A DNA stretch of 64,000 nt, taken from IMG/VR virus record IMGVR_UViG_641509473_000001, positions 1-64,000 of that record. The stretch is one strand, 5' to 3'. The notes beneath the pieces were generated by a model. The model was not told where the DNA came from and did no database searches. It saw nothing but the letters and a program-made list of their open reading frames with translations. Shown here one piece after another: positions 18,035 to 30,703 of this stretch; within the stretch, counting starts at the first letter, position 1, and each line of letters starts with the position of its first letter. Made by a program: the position numbers and the translations under genes. Source of the DNA: a virus (taxonomy: Duplodnaviria; Caudoviricetes).

Positions 18035-18038
<4 letters not shown>
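17508..18038 (-). CDS. dcd: dCTP deaminase (trimeric dUTPase fold)
   Basis: PTSYDL, KSSVARAGL, VDPGFHGTLTLE, YQGRYVGQ. Confidence 0.88.
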
Positions 18039-21146
<3,108 letters not shown>

Positions 21147-21172
21147 AAGAAAAACGGGACGCGAACGTCCCG
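21147..21172 (-). terminator. UUCG-tetraloop intrinsic terminator directly downstream of gp39
   Basis: Minus strand CGGGACG-TTCG-CGTCCCG-TTTTTCTT. Confidence 0.8.
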
Positions 21173-21191
21173 CTTCCAGACCTAGGTAGAC

Positions 21192-21617
21192 TTACAGGTC
21201 AATAAACGCGTCCACGTGGCCCATAGCGCGCATGAGCCGCACATAGCTCTCGTTGTAGGTTACCTCGTCAAGCTCTAGGACCTCAGGCACGTCTTCCAAC
21301 ACCACCGGGGCGTGGTAGAGGTGGAGGATGCCGTTGTCCCCTTGCCAGGCGTAGGCGTAAGCGTAAGGGCGAGCGGCGAGGCCAAGGCCCACGTGCTCAA
21401 ACCGGTAAATGGAGACCTTGACAAGCCGCACCCGGCGTTTCCTCTTTATCTCCTCTAAGCGCACGGGTCCAGGAGGGGTATAGAGGTCGCCCGAAGGCAG
21501 GAACATGCGCGGCGGAAGGGTGTCCAAGTCGGCGTCGTAAAACGTAGCAAGCTCCGTCTCGGCATCGGGTATAGCTTCGAAAAGGCGGATATACGGCTCC
21601 ACAAATCCCTCCACCAC
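21192..21617 (-). CDS. gp39: gp39-type host RNAP-binding antiterminator / promoter-specificity switch
   Basis: 141-aa sequence MVEGFVEPYIRLFEAIPD...GHVDAFIDL recognised from memory as P23-45 gp39 (binds the beta flap). Confidence 0.85.
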   Translation of the reverse strand: MVEGFVEPYIRLFEAIPDAETELATFYDADLDTLPPRMFLPSGDLYTPPGPVRLEEIKRKRRVRLVKVSIYRFEHVGLGLAARPYAYAYAWQGDNGILHLYHAPVVLEDVPEVLELDEVTYNESYVRLMRAMGHVDAFIDL

Positions 21618-21620
21618 GTA

Positions 21621-22637
21621 CTATACCAGCTTTTTCTTGAGGGGGCAAGAGTCGTGGCAAAGCCCAAACCCCTCCATAACGCGGCAACTGAAACGAGGGC
21701 GCTTGGCCTCGGCCCAGTCGTAGGCCCTAGCCGCGTCGCTGGTGCGCTCCCGGTAAGAGGCGCGGGAGGCTCCGGGGTTGGACGCGGCCCAAGCGACGAG
21801 CTCTTCCTTAGTACGCCCAGAGCGCACGAAGAAGGCGGCGAGCTGGAGGGTAAGCGCGTGCCTGGTGCCGGGCTCTGGCGGCCCTTCTTCCAACAAACGT
21901 TGAAAGCAGGGCGGGGTGAAGCGGAAGACGTAATCGTCCGTTTCCGGCTCAGGCTCCGGCTCGGCAAGCTTTTCCTGGTACAAAGCCGCGAGTAAGGTAG
22001 ACCTACCCTTGAGCCTAGGCACAGGACGCGGCGTGCGGGCAAGCTCCAGCGCGTAAGGAATCTCTTCCGGGCTAAGGGCGACCTTGTAAAGCCCGGTGGT
22101 GCCGTGGCGGGTGTTGGCCGCGCGGAAGAGGCGCCTACGGGAGTAGGCCGAGGTGTCCAGCGGGTACTTAGGGTGGGCCAAAGCGCGGGCCATAGCCCTA
22201 AGGACCTTTTCCGGTTCGCGTTGTGGGCGCATACCCAACGCCTCGGCGGGCACTACCAGGTGAAAGCCCTTGGACCCGGAGAAGTAGAGGCGGAAGGGCT
22301 CCCCCTTCAAAAGGTCGGCGTAATGTTGAGCGGCCTCCACCGCCTGGTCCAGGCTAGGGTAGTCCAGGTCTAAGGCGAAGTCCATGAGGTGAAGGTGGTT
22401 TAACCCTTCCGGCGAAGCGGCCTTTTGCAGAGAAGCAAAGAGCGGTCCTTGGCCCACCTGCAGGCCGAAGATGGACTCCGGTCGCGTGGGGCTTAAGAAG
22501 CCTCGGTACCATCCGGCGGTGTGCAACGTGCCGCACTTGGGGCAGACCAGCACCCTGTTGGACTGAACGAGTCTACCCTCCCAACAGTCGGGACAGAGCT
22601 GGTCGGCCTCCCTATGCGTGGCCCACTCACGGTACAT
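21621..22637 (-). CDS. Archaeo-eukaryotic primase (AEP) with N-terminal Zn finger and C-terminal Cys cluster
   Basis: CPDC/CPKC; DFALDLD (motif I), FSGSKGFHL (II), LDTSAY..RRLFR (III); PPC...FSC...CHDSCP. Confidence 0.85.
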   Translation of the reverse strand: MYREWATHREADQLCPDCWEGRLVQSNRVLVCPKCGTLHTAGWYRGFLSPTRPESIFGLQVGQGPLFASLQKAASPEGLNHLHLMDFALDLDYPSLDQAVEAAQHYADLLKGEPFRLYFSGSKGFHLVVPAEALGMRPQREPEKVLRAMARALAHPKYPLDTSAYSRRRLFRAANTRHGTTGLYKVALSPEEIPYALELARTPRPVPRLKGRSTLLAALYQEKLAEPEPEPETDDYVFRFTPPCFQRLLEEGPPEPGTRHALTLQLAAFFVRSGRTKEELVAWAASNPGASRASYRERTSDAARAYDWAEAKRPRFSCRVMEGFGLCHDSCPLKKKLV

Positions 22638-23734
22638 GGGCAGGCGTACCGCGCAAGTTCTGGATGCGCTGACGCCTAGACTGACGCTCCTTGGCCTTCT
22701 CCTCCAGCCTCTGCTTGGCCTCTAGCAAGTTGATGCCCTGCTCCTGCATGGCCACGCCGAGGCTTTCCAGGAGCTGGCCGGTATAGATAAGCGTCTCGCC
22801 TCCAAACTTCAAAATGCCCGGTCCTATGGCGAACCAGAGGTCTTTAAGCATCGGAATCCTCCTTAGATAGCGTAGCTTCCGCCACCAGGGTCGTGAGGTA
22901 GGCCGTAAGCCCTTGTTCCACATATGGCGCGAGGTCATGATTGTCCTCCAAGCCGAGGACCAGGGCGACCGCGGCGGCGTGGTTGGCGATGAGCTCAGTA
23001 ACGGCCTCGGCGGGAAGCTCTCCAACCTTACCCGACACCACGCTATCCGCAAGCAGGATGCCGAAGTAGCGGGTGGAGGTCTCTACGAACTCCGAGTCCG
23101 GCTTCACGCCTGCACCTCCGCCACGTTCTCCGCCTGGACCAAGGCTTGATGCACCTCTTTAAGTTGAGCAATGAGGTCTTTCACCTCGTCCGCGGCGTCT
23201 AGCGCCACTTTCACGTGCTCCAAGAACGCTTTTGAAAGCTCCAGGTCCACTTCGCCTGGAGCGACGTCCTTGGCCGCCGTGTACATGGCAATAAGCCCAC
23301 CTACGGGAACGCGCGCGTCGCCTAAGGCCGCGCCGAGCATCAACAAGGCGAAGTCCCTATACGAGGACTCCATCCTCAACGTCCCCACTAAAGTCCGAAA
23401 AATCCCAGCCAGTACCTGGTTCTCCATACGCCTCCAAACGAATGCGGTCTTTATGGCTTTCCACACAGGAAAGCGAAGGTATGGGCGACAAGTCGTCGGT
23501 ATTGACGCAAAGATAGCACAAGGAGCAGTAGGCAAGACCCTTGCCCTCGCGCACGAAGCGGTAGAAGGTTAGGTCCACAATGGAGTCTACCGGCTCTTCC
23601 CCGTTCGTCGCGACGAAGAACGTGTCTTCGCCCGGCCTGAGGTTGTGGTCGTAGCCGGCAAGGGCGGGGAGGAGTTTTTGGATATCGCGCTCCGTAAGGC
23701 GTCCAACAAAGAATCGCTTATAACGATGAGCCAC
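22627..23734 (-). CDS. Four hypothetical proteins (22627..22851, 22844..23107, 23104..23427, 23357..23734)
   Basis: Overlapping leftward ORFs; the last has CSLCYLC. Confidence 0.55.
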
Positions 23735-24120
23735 CCAGTACCCCCAAGGAATCGCTTTGGAAGCCTAATGGCTAAGACGTCATTGTGTCCTAGCCATTGG
23801 ACGACCGTCCTTGTAGGCTTCACCTCTATCGTACCACGTGTGTCAAGAGGGAGGTCCTCTAGCCTCAGTACGTGAAACTGCTTGTTTTGCAAGGAGAAGG
23901 TACACGGCACGCTCTTCAAAAGGGTGGCAACCCCCTTGGCCGGGTTAGAGCGCATCTTGACCTCAACGCGCACTTCCCTATTCGCCAACGGTATCCGCAC
24001 GTCGGAGGAAAACCGCCCGCCTAGGGCGCCGGAAAGCGGCACACGCCAGGCGGGCAGGCCCAAGCTCTGCAACAGGGCTACGAGCTCGTTCTCGTAGGTT
24101 CTTCCCTTGGCACGGCTCAT
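23587..24120 (-). CDS. Hjc-type Holliday junction resolvase
   Basis: SRAKGRTYENEL, RVPLSGALGG..SDV, VEVK. Confidence 0.82.
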   Translation of the reverse strand: MSRAKGRTYENELVALLQSLGLPAWRVPLSGALGGRFSSDVRIPLANREVRVEVKMRSNPAKGVATLLKSVPCTFSLQNKQFHVLRLEDLPLDTRGTIEVKPTRTVVQWLGHNDVLAIRLPKRFLGGTGWLIVISDSLLDALRSAISKNSSPPLPATTTTSGRAKTRSSSRRTGKSR

Positions 24121-24695
24121 TAGAAGGGAACGGCCTCTTCCTCAGGAAGCTCCGCCGCGGCGGCGATGGGTTGGGAGAAGACTTCCTGAAGCGAGAGGTA
24201 GACCTTGTCGTTGTAGCTCCTAGCGCGAACGGTGAAGCTAATGGTGTACAGGCCGGGAGCGGTGATGTTGTCAACGTTCATCTCCACCGTGGGCGCCAAG
24301 TCTTGCCTAGAGTTGAGGTAGGGCTGGAGCACGGCCACCTTGAAGGCCCGGCCCCTCTTGGACTGCATCTCCTTCACTTCCAGGACCTGAGCCATCATCA
24401 AGCCGCGCACGGAGAAGTCTCCAGGCCCATGTACAATGCCGAAGTTGATACCCTCCAGGTTGATGAAGGTGCGGTTGTTAAAGGTGCGAAGACCAAGAGT
24501 GGCGTTGGCGAAGACAGGCTGGTTGACTGGAATCTGGTCCATAAGGTCCAGGTAAGGAACGGCGGGACCACCCATGAAGCGAATAGGAACGGGGGTCTCC
24601 TCGTTCTTGGACCCGATAAAGATGTCCAGAATCGGCGTGCCGTTGTCGGTGTACTTGAGCTCGTAGCCTTTGAACACTCCGTCAATGTGAATCAT
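24120..24695 (-). CDS. ssb: Single-stranded DNA-binding protein (likely two OB folds)
   Basis: ELKYTDNGTPI OB-like start, repeated RTFNNR/RSYNDK strands, acidic tail EEEAVPF, next to the helicase. Confidence 0.65.
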   Translation of the reverse strand: MIHIDGVFKGYELKYTDNGTPILDIFIGSKNEETPVPIRFMGGPAVPYLDLMDQIPVNQPVFANATLGLRTFNNRTFINLEGINFGIVHGPGDFSVRGLMMAQVLEVKEMQSKRGRAFKVAVLQPYLNSRQDLAPTVEMNVDNITAPGLYTISFTVRARSYNDKVYLSLQEVFSQPIAAAAELPEEEAVPF

Positions 24696-24705
24696 CTAGT
24701 CCTCC

Positions 24706-25917
24706 TTAGATTTGGGTGAACTCGAAGTTAAGTGTATCGCCGTCAAACGTTCCTACTACAAATGGCGGAACGTTGCCCAAGCGGGCCTTTGGGGTGTAAG
24801 CGTGCACCTCTATGCCCGATGGAGTTCTCGCGGCGTCTTTGGGCTTAAAGAGTAAAGTGAGGGTGTGGGCGTACTGCTCAATGCGCCCGGAGCCCTCAAT
24901 GTCGGAACGGTTGGGCGGAGCCTGACGGGAGTAGTCCCTTTTCTTTAACTGGCTCGTCCATATCATGCTTAGGCCGAGGTGCTTTCCAAGGGCGTAAAGG
25001 CGCTCGGCAAGCAGGCTCATGCGTTCGTATATGCCCTCGCCGTGCTCCACGCTCACGGCCTGCAGAAAGTCCACAAGCACGACAGGGGGTCCCATACGGG
25101 CGCCTTTAGCCTTCATGGCCTCGTACTGTTGATGAAACGCCTGCACCGCCGCGAGCACGGTGTCTAGGGTTACGGCGCTAGGGTCAATGATAAGACGCCT
25201 AGGCGTGCCGTCCGGGAGCTTGGCCAAGAGCTTTTGGGCTTTGGTTAGAGCGTCGGGGTCGTAATCCTTACGCAAGAGCCTACTGTAGGAAACCCCTGAG
25301 CCTACCAGGTGTTGCATGTAGCGGCTAACCCGCACCTCGGCGCTAAGCTCTACGCTAATGTCCAGGACCATAGCGCCCTGGTCGGTCAGGTCCAGGAGAA
25401 TCTGCTCGGCCAAGGCGCTCTTACCGGTTCCTGGTGTAGCGCCAATCACGAGAATGGAGCCGGGGTAGAAGACGTAGTTCAAGGCCGCGAGCTTGGGGCT
25501 TTTAAGCTCCCAGACTAGGGTGTCGGAAAGAAGCCCGGCGTTTATCTCCTGGAGCACCTCCTCCACCGATAAGCCGTGCCGGTCGGAAAGGAGCGGGCTT
25601 CGGGCTAAGAGGTCGTGCAAGGACTCTTCGTCGCGGCGCTCCGCCAACACTTGCAGGCGGTTAGCCCAAGCGTGGACCTTCCTCAACCAGGCGTTCTTGC
25701 GTATACGCTCCACCGCGCTAGGCGCCTCGTCTTCGGATAGAGGCTTGTCGGCGATGGTGAAGTCCAAGATGGGCTCGTTGTTGAGGAGGGCCTGCCAGAA
25801 GCGGCGGGCCTCGAAGTCGGCGAAGTCGTCCGGGCTAAGGTCGGGGTACCGCCGAACTAGCCTCCGGTTGTGGTAAGCGGCGGATACAAAGGCCCGCTCT
25901 AGCTTGTTATCCAGCAT
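24706..25917 (-). CDS. dnaB: DnaB-like SF4 replicative helicase
   Basis: GATPGTGKS, ISVEL, VDFLQ, SQL, SDIEGSGRIEQYA, KARLG. Confidence 0.92.
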   Translation of the reverse strand: MLDNKLERAFVSAAYHNRRLVRRYPDLSPDDFADFEARRFWQALLNNEPILDFTIADKPLSEDEAPSAVERIRKNAWLRKVHAWANRLQVLAERRDEESLHDLLARSPLLSDRHGLSVEEVLQEINAGLLSDTLVWELKSPKLAALNYVFYPGSILVIGATPGTGKSALAEQILLDLTDQGAMVLDISVELSAEVRVSRYMQHLVGSGVSYSRLLRKDYDPDALTKAQKLLAKLPDGTPRRLIIDPSAVTLDTVLAAVQAFHQQYEAMKAKGARMGPPVVLVDFLQAVSVEHGEGIYERMSLLAERLYALGKHLGLSMIWTSQLKKRDYSRQAPPNRSDIEGSGRIEQYAHTLTLLFKPKDAARTPSGIEVHAYTPKARLGNVPPFVVGTFDGDTLNFEFTQI

Positions 25918-26067
25918 TTCTCCTCCTCCCAAAGCGCCCGCGCAAGATTAGGTCCGCCACCCAGTTGGGCGGATAGGCGGCGTAGCGCTCAAAGCCCAAG
26001 CGTATTTGCGTGGGCGTGTGATTCGCGAGCAGGAGGTCTACGCGGTCTGGCGTAACCCCTAGCGAGG

Positions 26068-26721
26068 TTAGCCAGTCGCGGTAGTCGCGGAGCCAAGCCG
26101 GTTCTTTACGTCCTTGAGCACTTCCAAGGGAAGGTCGCTCACCTTGGCGGCGTTGTGTTGCTTCAGGGCTTCGCGAAGGATGGGCAAAGCTTGGGTCATG
26201 TTCGCTTTGAGCCACTCTAAAACCTCCTCCTTTTCTTTGTCGGCAGTCGAGCTAGCGTTGTTAGCAGGCTTAGGGGTGCTCGCGGGCTTGGGAGCGGCCT
26301 TGACGGGCTTGACGGGGCTATCCGCGAGATTAGGGCCTTTGGTGCCGTCCACCGGGCTAGTGTCCTCGCCCTCGTCAAAGTCGGCCACGGCGAACTGAGT
26401 GCCGAATCCGGCCAAGGCCAAGGCCCTTCCGATGGCCTTGGTCTCCGCCTTCTCGCGGAAGTCGCCAAAGTCGGTGCTGGTCTCGGAGCCCCAACCCACA
26501 ACCCGCTTCTTGACCTGACCCTGCTCGTCAAAGAGGGTAACGGTGGCCTTGAAGACCGCCTCGCGCACCTTGCGCCCGCGGTCCTCCCACTCCGTCTCCT
26601 TCACAAGCTCGGTATGCAGGTCAAACCGCGGCTCGGTCTCGTTAAGCCAGAGGATGCGGTAGGCCACCTGCAGATACTTCTTGCCTTTGAGGTCCATCAA
26701 GTAAGGCTTAGGGTCAAACAT
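26068..26721 (-). CDS. Rad52/Sak-like single-strand annealing protein
   Basis: KGKKYLQVAYRI, EKAETKAIGRALALAGFG, low-complexity linker and C-terminal helical domain. Confidence 0.75.
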   Translation of the reverse strand: MFDPKPYLMDLKGKKYLQVAYRILWLNETEPRFDLHTELVKETEWEDRGRKVREAVFKATVTLFDEQGQVKKRVVGWGSETSTDFGDFREKAETKAIGRALALAGFGTQFAVADFDEGEDTSPVDGTKGPNLADSPVKPVKAAPKPASTPKPANNASSTADKEKEEVLEWLKANMTQALPILREALKQHNAAKVSDLPLEVLKDVKNRLGSATTATG

Positions 26722-27124
26722 ACTCTCCTCCTCTATCCACAATCACCCTTCCGTCGTATAACCTACCTTCTAGCCAGACGAGTCCTTTGGCCTCCAGCAA
26801 GCTAGCAATAAGAGGCTTGCTCCAGACGTACGCGGTCAAACCGCCAAAGTACGCCTCTAGACTCAACTCGTAACCGTCGTCGTAGAGCTTCAGGCGGGGG
26901 CGGCCTATAAGCTTGGCCCGGCGCAAGGGGTTGGCACCCGGAGGAAAGTCCTCCAGGTGCACCACCTTGAGGCCGTGAGGCGTAAGTTCGCCCCTAACGC
27001 GGTACCAGCCGTATAGGGGCTTGTCCACCACGGTCAGGCTATCTATGTGCACTCCGCGGTGGAACGCCCCGGCAAGCTCCGCCTCCGCCCGCACCAGCAA
27101 CGAAGCGGGCGCTACATGTACCAT
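26714..27124 (-). CDS. Hypothetical protein
   Basis: 136-aa coupled ORF. Confidence 0.55.
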   Translation of the reverse strand: MVHVAPASLLVRAEAELAGAFHRGVHIDSLTVVDKPLYGWYRVRGELTPHGLKVVHLEDFPPGANPLRRAKLIGRPRLKLYDDGYELSLEAYFGGLTAYVWSKPLIASLLEAKGLVWLEGRLYDGRVIVDRGGEYV

Positions 27125-28803
27125 TCCGCCACCTCTTCAAAGATGGCCTGGATGGCCTTGAGCACGTCGTCAAACGTGTTGACGACAAACCTACGGGCCG
27201 CGGCCAAGGCCGAAGAGCTATAAGGCCGCTTTCTACCGGAGAGGTCCAACCAGTAGACCTTGATGCCGGAAGAGGTAACCTTCCTGAAGGCTTCTACTAG
27301 CCTGGACGAGCTTATCTCGCCGTCGGCAAGGTAGATGACCACGCGGTGCTTGGCCGGAGAAGCGCGAAGTACGCCGAAGGCGTGGCTAAGGGCGGAAAGG
27401 TCGCCGTTGTTGGACTTGTGGGTGATGGTGGCTAGCGCGTAGGGCAACACTAGCTCGCGCACGTATTCGTGATTGCCTAGCTCGTCCAACGGCGGCGGCA
27501 AAGCCGTGTCCCCATAGCCAAAGAACTGCATGCGCACGTCGGCGTTCTTGAGCCCTTCGTACAAGATGATAGAGGTGAGCTTAGCCAAGAACGCGCGATT
27601 GGAAGCCACGCCCGAAGCCGCGCCGAGAAAAGGCTCGCCGCTCCGCCCCTGAGAGATGTCGGTCAGTCCATAGATGGACGTGCCCATACTACCAGACTCG
27701 TCCACCAGGACCACCAGGTGTAGGCTACGCTCTTCCTCCGGTTCAATGCGCATGAAGGGGGAAATGTTGGCGGCAAGCGCTTTGGGCAAGAGGTGGGTGT
27801 TGAGCCTACCGGAGGAAGAAAGCTCACGGGTCAGGTCAGAGCGTATGGCGTTTTCGGCAATCTTGCGCAAAGCGTTGATGGGCTCTTTGACCACGTTAAC
27901 GAGCTCGGCGTAGTGGCGTATAGCGCTTTGGCGAGGATGGGTAACAAAGAACACGTAAGAGCTATCGTTCGCCAAAGTGGGAAGCACGCGGGGCTTGAGC
28001 TCGTACACCTGCTCCACCCTATGGGCGTACTGCTCTACCCGCGTGTTCGGAGTTTCTATCGTAACGCCGGAGTTGATTTCCTCCTGAAGCTGGACAAAGC
28101 GGCGAAGATTGTCCAGCACGGCGTCTAGAAGGTTGGTGTTGGCGAGCAAGCTTTCGGCGTTTTGAATAGGCTCAGGAGGAACAGGCGGCCCTGGCTCCCG
28201 CTCGTAAGTCGGAGGCTCGAGGTCCGCGTGCGGAACATGATGAGGTTGCGCCAAAGTTTCCAGGGGAGGAAGCGGGCGGAAGTAGCGCTCCACCAGGGCG
28301 CTCAAAGCCTCCTTAAACTTAGGCGTTTCCTGGAAGAAGACGGGTTGCTGTACCAGGGCGACAAGGTCCCTAGCGTAGTCCATGAGCACCCCGGAGCCCT
28401 GGTTTACGGTTTGCCGTAAGAGTGGAAGCAGAATGGTAGAAGTAAACGCCTTCCAGGACTCCGTAAGGCCGGGAAAGCGCTCCAAGCTCACGCGGTAAGC
28501 GCGGTGGACGTTCCAGACGAACTCCGTCAAGCGCTTGATGTTGTCGGGAAGCCTACCGGCTATCTCCGAGGGCAAGGGCTCTTCAAAGTGCGCAAACAAG
28601 GAGTGGATGAAGCTAAAATCGGCGGCAAGGTGGTCAGGAAGGTCCTGTTGCGAAAGATAAGCCACGTAGGGAACGACCTTGCCGCCGTTGGTAAGCACTT
28701 TGGAGGCCACTTCGGTGGCTTCCATGATGTACGCCGCCGCCACGGTAGGAGACAGCGCACGAAGCTTGCTTACCTGCTTTAAGCCTTCCTGGGTCAAAAG
28801 CAT
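27112..28803 (-). CDS. vWA (MIDAS) domain protein, CobT-like partner
   Basis: SGRLN, VLVDESGSM, NNGD, YLADGE. Confidence 0.85.
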   Translation of the reverse strand: MLLTQEGLKQVSKLRALSPTVAAAYIMEATEVASKVLTNGGKVVPYVAYLSQQDLPDHLAADFSFIHSLFAHFEEPLPSEIAGRLPDNIKRLTEFVWNVHRAYRVSLERFPGLTESWKAFTSTILLPLLRQTVNQGSGVLMDYARDLVALVQQPVFFQETPKFKEALSALVERYFRPLPPLETLAQPHHVPHADLEPPTYEREPGPPVPPEPIQNAESLLANTNLLDAVLDNLRRFVQLQEEINSGVTIETPNTRVEQYAHRVEQVYELKPRVLPTLANDSSYVFFVTHPRQSAIRHYAELVNVVKEPINALRKIAENAIRSDLTRELSSSGRLNTHLLPKALAANISPFMRIEPEEERSLHLVVLVDESGSMGTSIYGLTDISQGRSGEPFLGAASGVASNRAFLAKLTSIILYEGLKNADVRMQFFGYGDTALPPPLDELGNHEYVRELVLPYALATITHKSNNGDLSALSHAFGVLRASPAKHRVVIYLADGEISSSRLVEAFRKVTSSGIKVYWLDLSGRKRPYSSSALAAARRFVVNTFDDVLKAIQAIFEEVAEWYM

Positions 28804-28811
28804 AGTTTACC

Positions 28812-29624
28812 TCACGCCTTGTACTGAGCCTTAGCCGCGGCCACCAGACCGTCCACCACCTCAAGGGACATGTTCGCCACGTAAGCCCCGCCCTTGGTAA
28901 CGAGCTCCACCGCGTCCACCGGGTTGACCCCGTTGGCGAGGAGGTGGGCGAAGTCCAGGGCCTCACGCACGGAGACGAGACCAGAGTCGGAGTTGTACAG
29001 GCTAACGATGAAGCCAACCTGAGCGTCGGTCAGGCTAGGCACCCGGTCCTTGAGGATGGTACCGAGCACCACAGGCTCAGGACGGGGGATGTACACCCAA
29101 AGGTGCCTTTCCTTCATGGCCCGGTCTAGCTTGGACACGGTGTACTCCACCCCGGCGTTCGCGGTAGAGATGAAGACGACGTTGTCCGTGCGAAGCAGGC
29201 CGTACCAGTCGGAGTAGAACTCACCCTGGGCCAAAGCGCGGAAGAGGCGGTTAAGAGCGGTGGGGTGCCCGCGGTTGATTTCGTCCAAGACGATGCCCAC
29301 TTTGCGGCCTTCCTGTGCCCGGAGCAAGCCCTGCAAGAAGGGGGAGGGCTTTAAGAAGGTCTGGCCGTTCTGCAGGATGACGGTACCCTCAATGGCCACC
29401 GGGTCCAAGAGGCCGCCGATGTCCATCTGGTAGACCTCGTAGCCCCGCCATTCAAGAAGCGCGTGAGCGAGCGAGGTCTTAGCCACGCCGGAAGGCCCGG
29501 CCAAGCCCAAAGCCCGCTTGGACTTGGGAGCCGCGTCCAAAGCGGCATTCAGGATGGCATACACATTGCTAGGGACGTAAAGCTTCACGCCGTTGTGTTC
29601 AATGGTCTGGATGTTCACGTTCAA
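28812..29624 (-). CDS. MoxR/CobS-like AAA+ ATPase
   Basis: GPSGVAKT Walker A, VLDEINR Walker B, STAN, LDRAMKER. Confidence 0.88.
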   Translation of the reverse strand: MNVNIQTIEHNGVKLYVPSNVYAILNAALDAAPKSKRALGLAGPSGVAKTSLAHALLEWRGYEVYQMDIGGLLDPVAIEGTVILQNGQTFLKPSPFLQGLLRAQEGRKVGIVLDEINRGHPTALNRLFRALAQGEFYSDWYGLLRTDNVVFISTANAGVEYTVSKLDRAMKERHLWVYIPRPEPVVLGTILKDRVPSLTDAQVGFIVSLYNSDSGLVSVREALDFAHLLANGVNPVDAVELVTKGGAYVANMSLEVVDGLVAAAKAQYKA

Positions 29625-29629
29625 CCTCC

Positions 29630-29923
29630 TTAAAAGACGTACGTGTCAGGAAGAACTTTTATTAGGTCTGGAGCGTCCAGGTCGGCTTTGCGGTAAAGCG
29701 TATTGGCCAAAAGAATCGCCAACGAAAGGCTAGCCTCGTTGACCGGATTGAGCGTCAAGTGCTTGGTGCCTACTTCAATGTTGACGGTCAGGTTCTTGTA
29801 GCGAACATACAGAGGGGACAAGCTCACCACTAGAGGTGAATCCCGTTGGTTCTGCAGGTGCAGGAGCAGGTCAAAGACCCGCTTCCTAGCACCCTTATCT
29901 TTGAAGCCGAGCTTCAGGTCCAT
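29630..29923 (-). CDS. Hypothetical protein
   Basis: 97-aa ORF with RBS. Confidence 0.55.
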   Translation of the reverse strand: MDLKLGFKDKGARKRVFDLLLHLQNQRDSPLVVSLSPLYVRYKNLTVNIEVGTKHLTLNPVNEASLSLAILLANTLYRKADLDAPDLIKVLPDTYVF

Positions 29924-30482
29924 ATCTCTCCCTTTTGAACTTGATGACGCGTACGGGCTTTAGGACTTCCAGGTAACCTCGGCACACGCCAAAGGTTTTG
30001 GCTTGATGCAGGCTTGGAAACCAGATGTCCGCCCGCGAGCGCCAGCGCCTGTGCATGAGGTCTTCTACCAGGCCGTAGATGACCCGGTCGCCGCACACCA
30101 GGCGCACTTCCGTACCGAAGGGAATGCGCTTGGCCAAGTCGCGGCTCACGGCAATCACGTGGTACGGCGTGCCGTAGCGGCGCTCCACCCTGGTACGGGT
30201 CAAGGAAGCCGTAAGCCAAGGGGTGCTATCGGTAAGGTGCGGCAAAGAGGTGTAAGCGGAGATGGTTACGTAATAACGCGCGGCTACGTCGTACTGAAAG
30301 ACGGTATAAGCTTTTAGCCCTGAACCTGATGTTGGGGCGTAAGCGGGGGCAAGAGCGAGGCTCCATCCAACAAGAAGCGCAAGTCCCGCTCGGTAAAGAC
30401 GTAGGAGCGGTAAGTGCCCTGCCCCTCCACTTGAAACTCTAACGAGAAAAATGCGCCTAACGACTTGACGGAAACGAGGCAA
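29895..30482 (-). CDS. 3D-domain (MltA-related) putative peptidoglycan hydrolase with N-terminal hydrophobic anchor
   Basis: ISAYTS..TDSTPWLTAS, IAVSRDL, IPFGT, VEDLM, RADIW; TTG start after AGGAGG. Confidence 0.75.
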   Translation of the reverse strand: MPRFRQVVRRIFLVRVSSGGAGHLPLLRLYRAGLALLVGWSLALAPAYAPTSGSGLKAYTVFQYDVAARYYVTISAYTSLPHLTDSTPWLTASLTRTRVERRYGTPYHVIAVSRDLAKRIPFGTEVRLVCGDRVIYGLVEDLMHRRWRSRADIWFPSLHQAKTFGVCRGYLEVLKPVRVIKFKRERYGPEARLQR

Positions 30483-30559
30483 TACTCTCCTCCTGTAGGA
30501 ACGAGAAAGCGCAAGCGCTCCCCGTTCCTTAACCGGGCAAGGACGTCTTCCATGCTCAT
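30314..30559 (-). CDS. Hypothetical protein (MSMEDVLARL...)
   Basis: ATGA-coupled to the upstream small membrane ORF. Confidence 0.5.
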   Translation of the reverse strand: MSMEDVLARLRNGERLRFLVPTGGEYCLVSVKSLGAFFSLEFQVEGQGTYRSYVFTERDLRFLLDGASLLPPLTPQHQVQG

Positions 30560-30675
30560 TCCTTCCTCCTTAGCGCCGCCCAAATCATGAACGCGGCGAT
30601 GATGAAGAACATGGGCGGTTGAAACGGGTTCACCAAAAACGCTACGACGGCCATGAGAAACATGCCCGCGGCCAT
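30556..30675 (-). CDS. 39-aa hydrophobic hairpin peptide (not in ORF track)
   Basis: MAAGMFLMAVVAFLVNPFQPPMFFIIAAFMIWAALRRKE; GGAGGTGA RBS. Confidence 0.65.
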   Translation of the reverse strand: MAAGMFLMAVVAFLVNPFQPPMFFIIAAFMIWAALRRKE

Positions 30676-30703
30676 GCTTCACCTCCTAAAACCAAAAAAG
30701 CCT

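Noticed and set aside
25907-26215. 102-aa ORF between the annealase and the helicase
   Set aside because: The distal half may be a real small gene, but it overlaps the annealase by about 150 nt and I could not place a credible start
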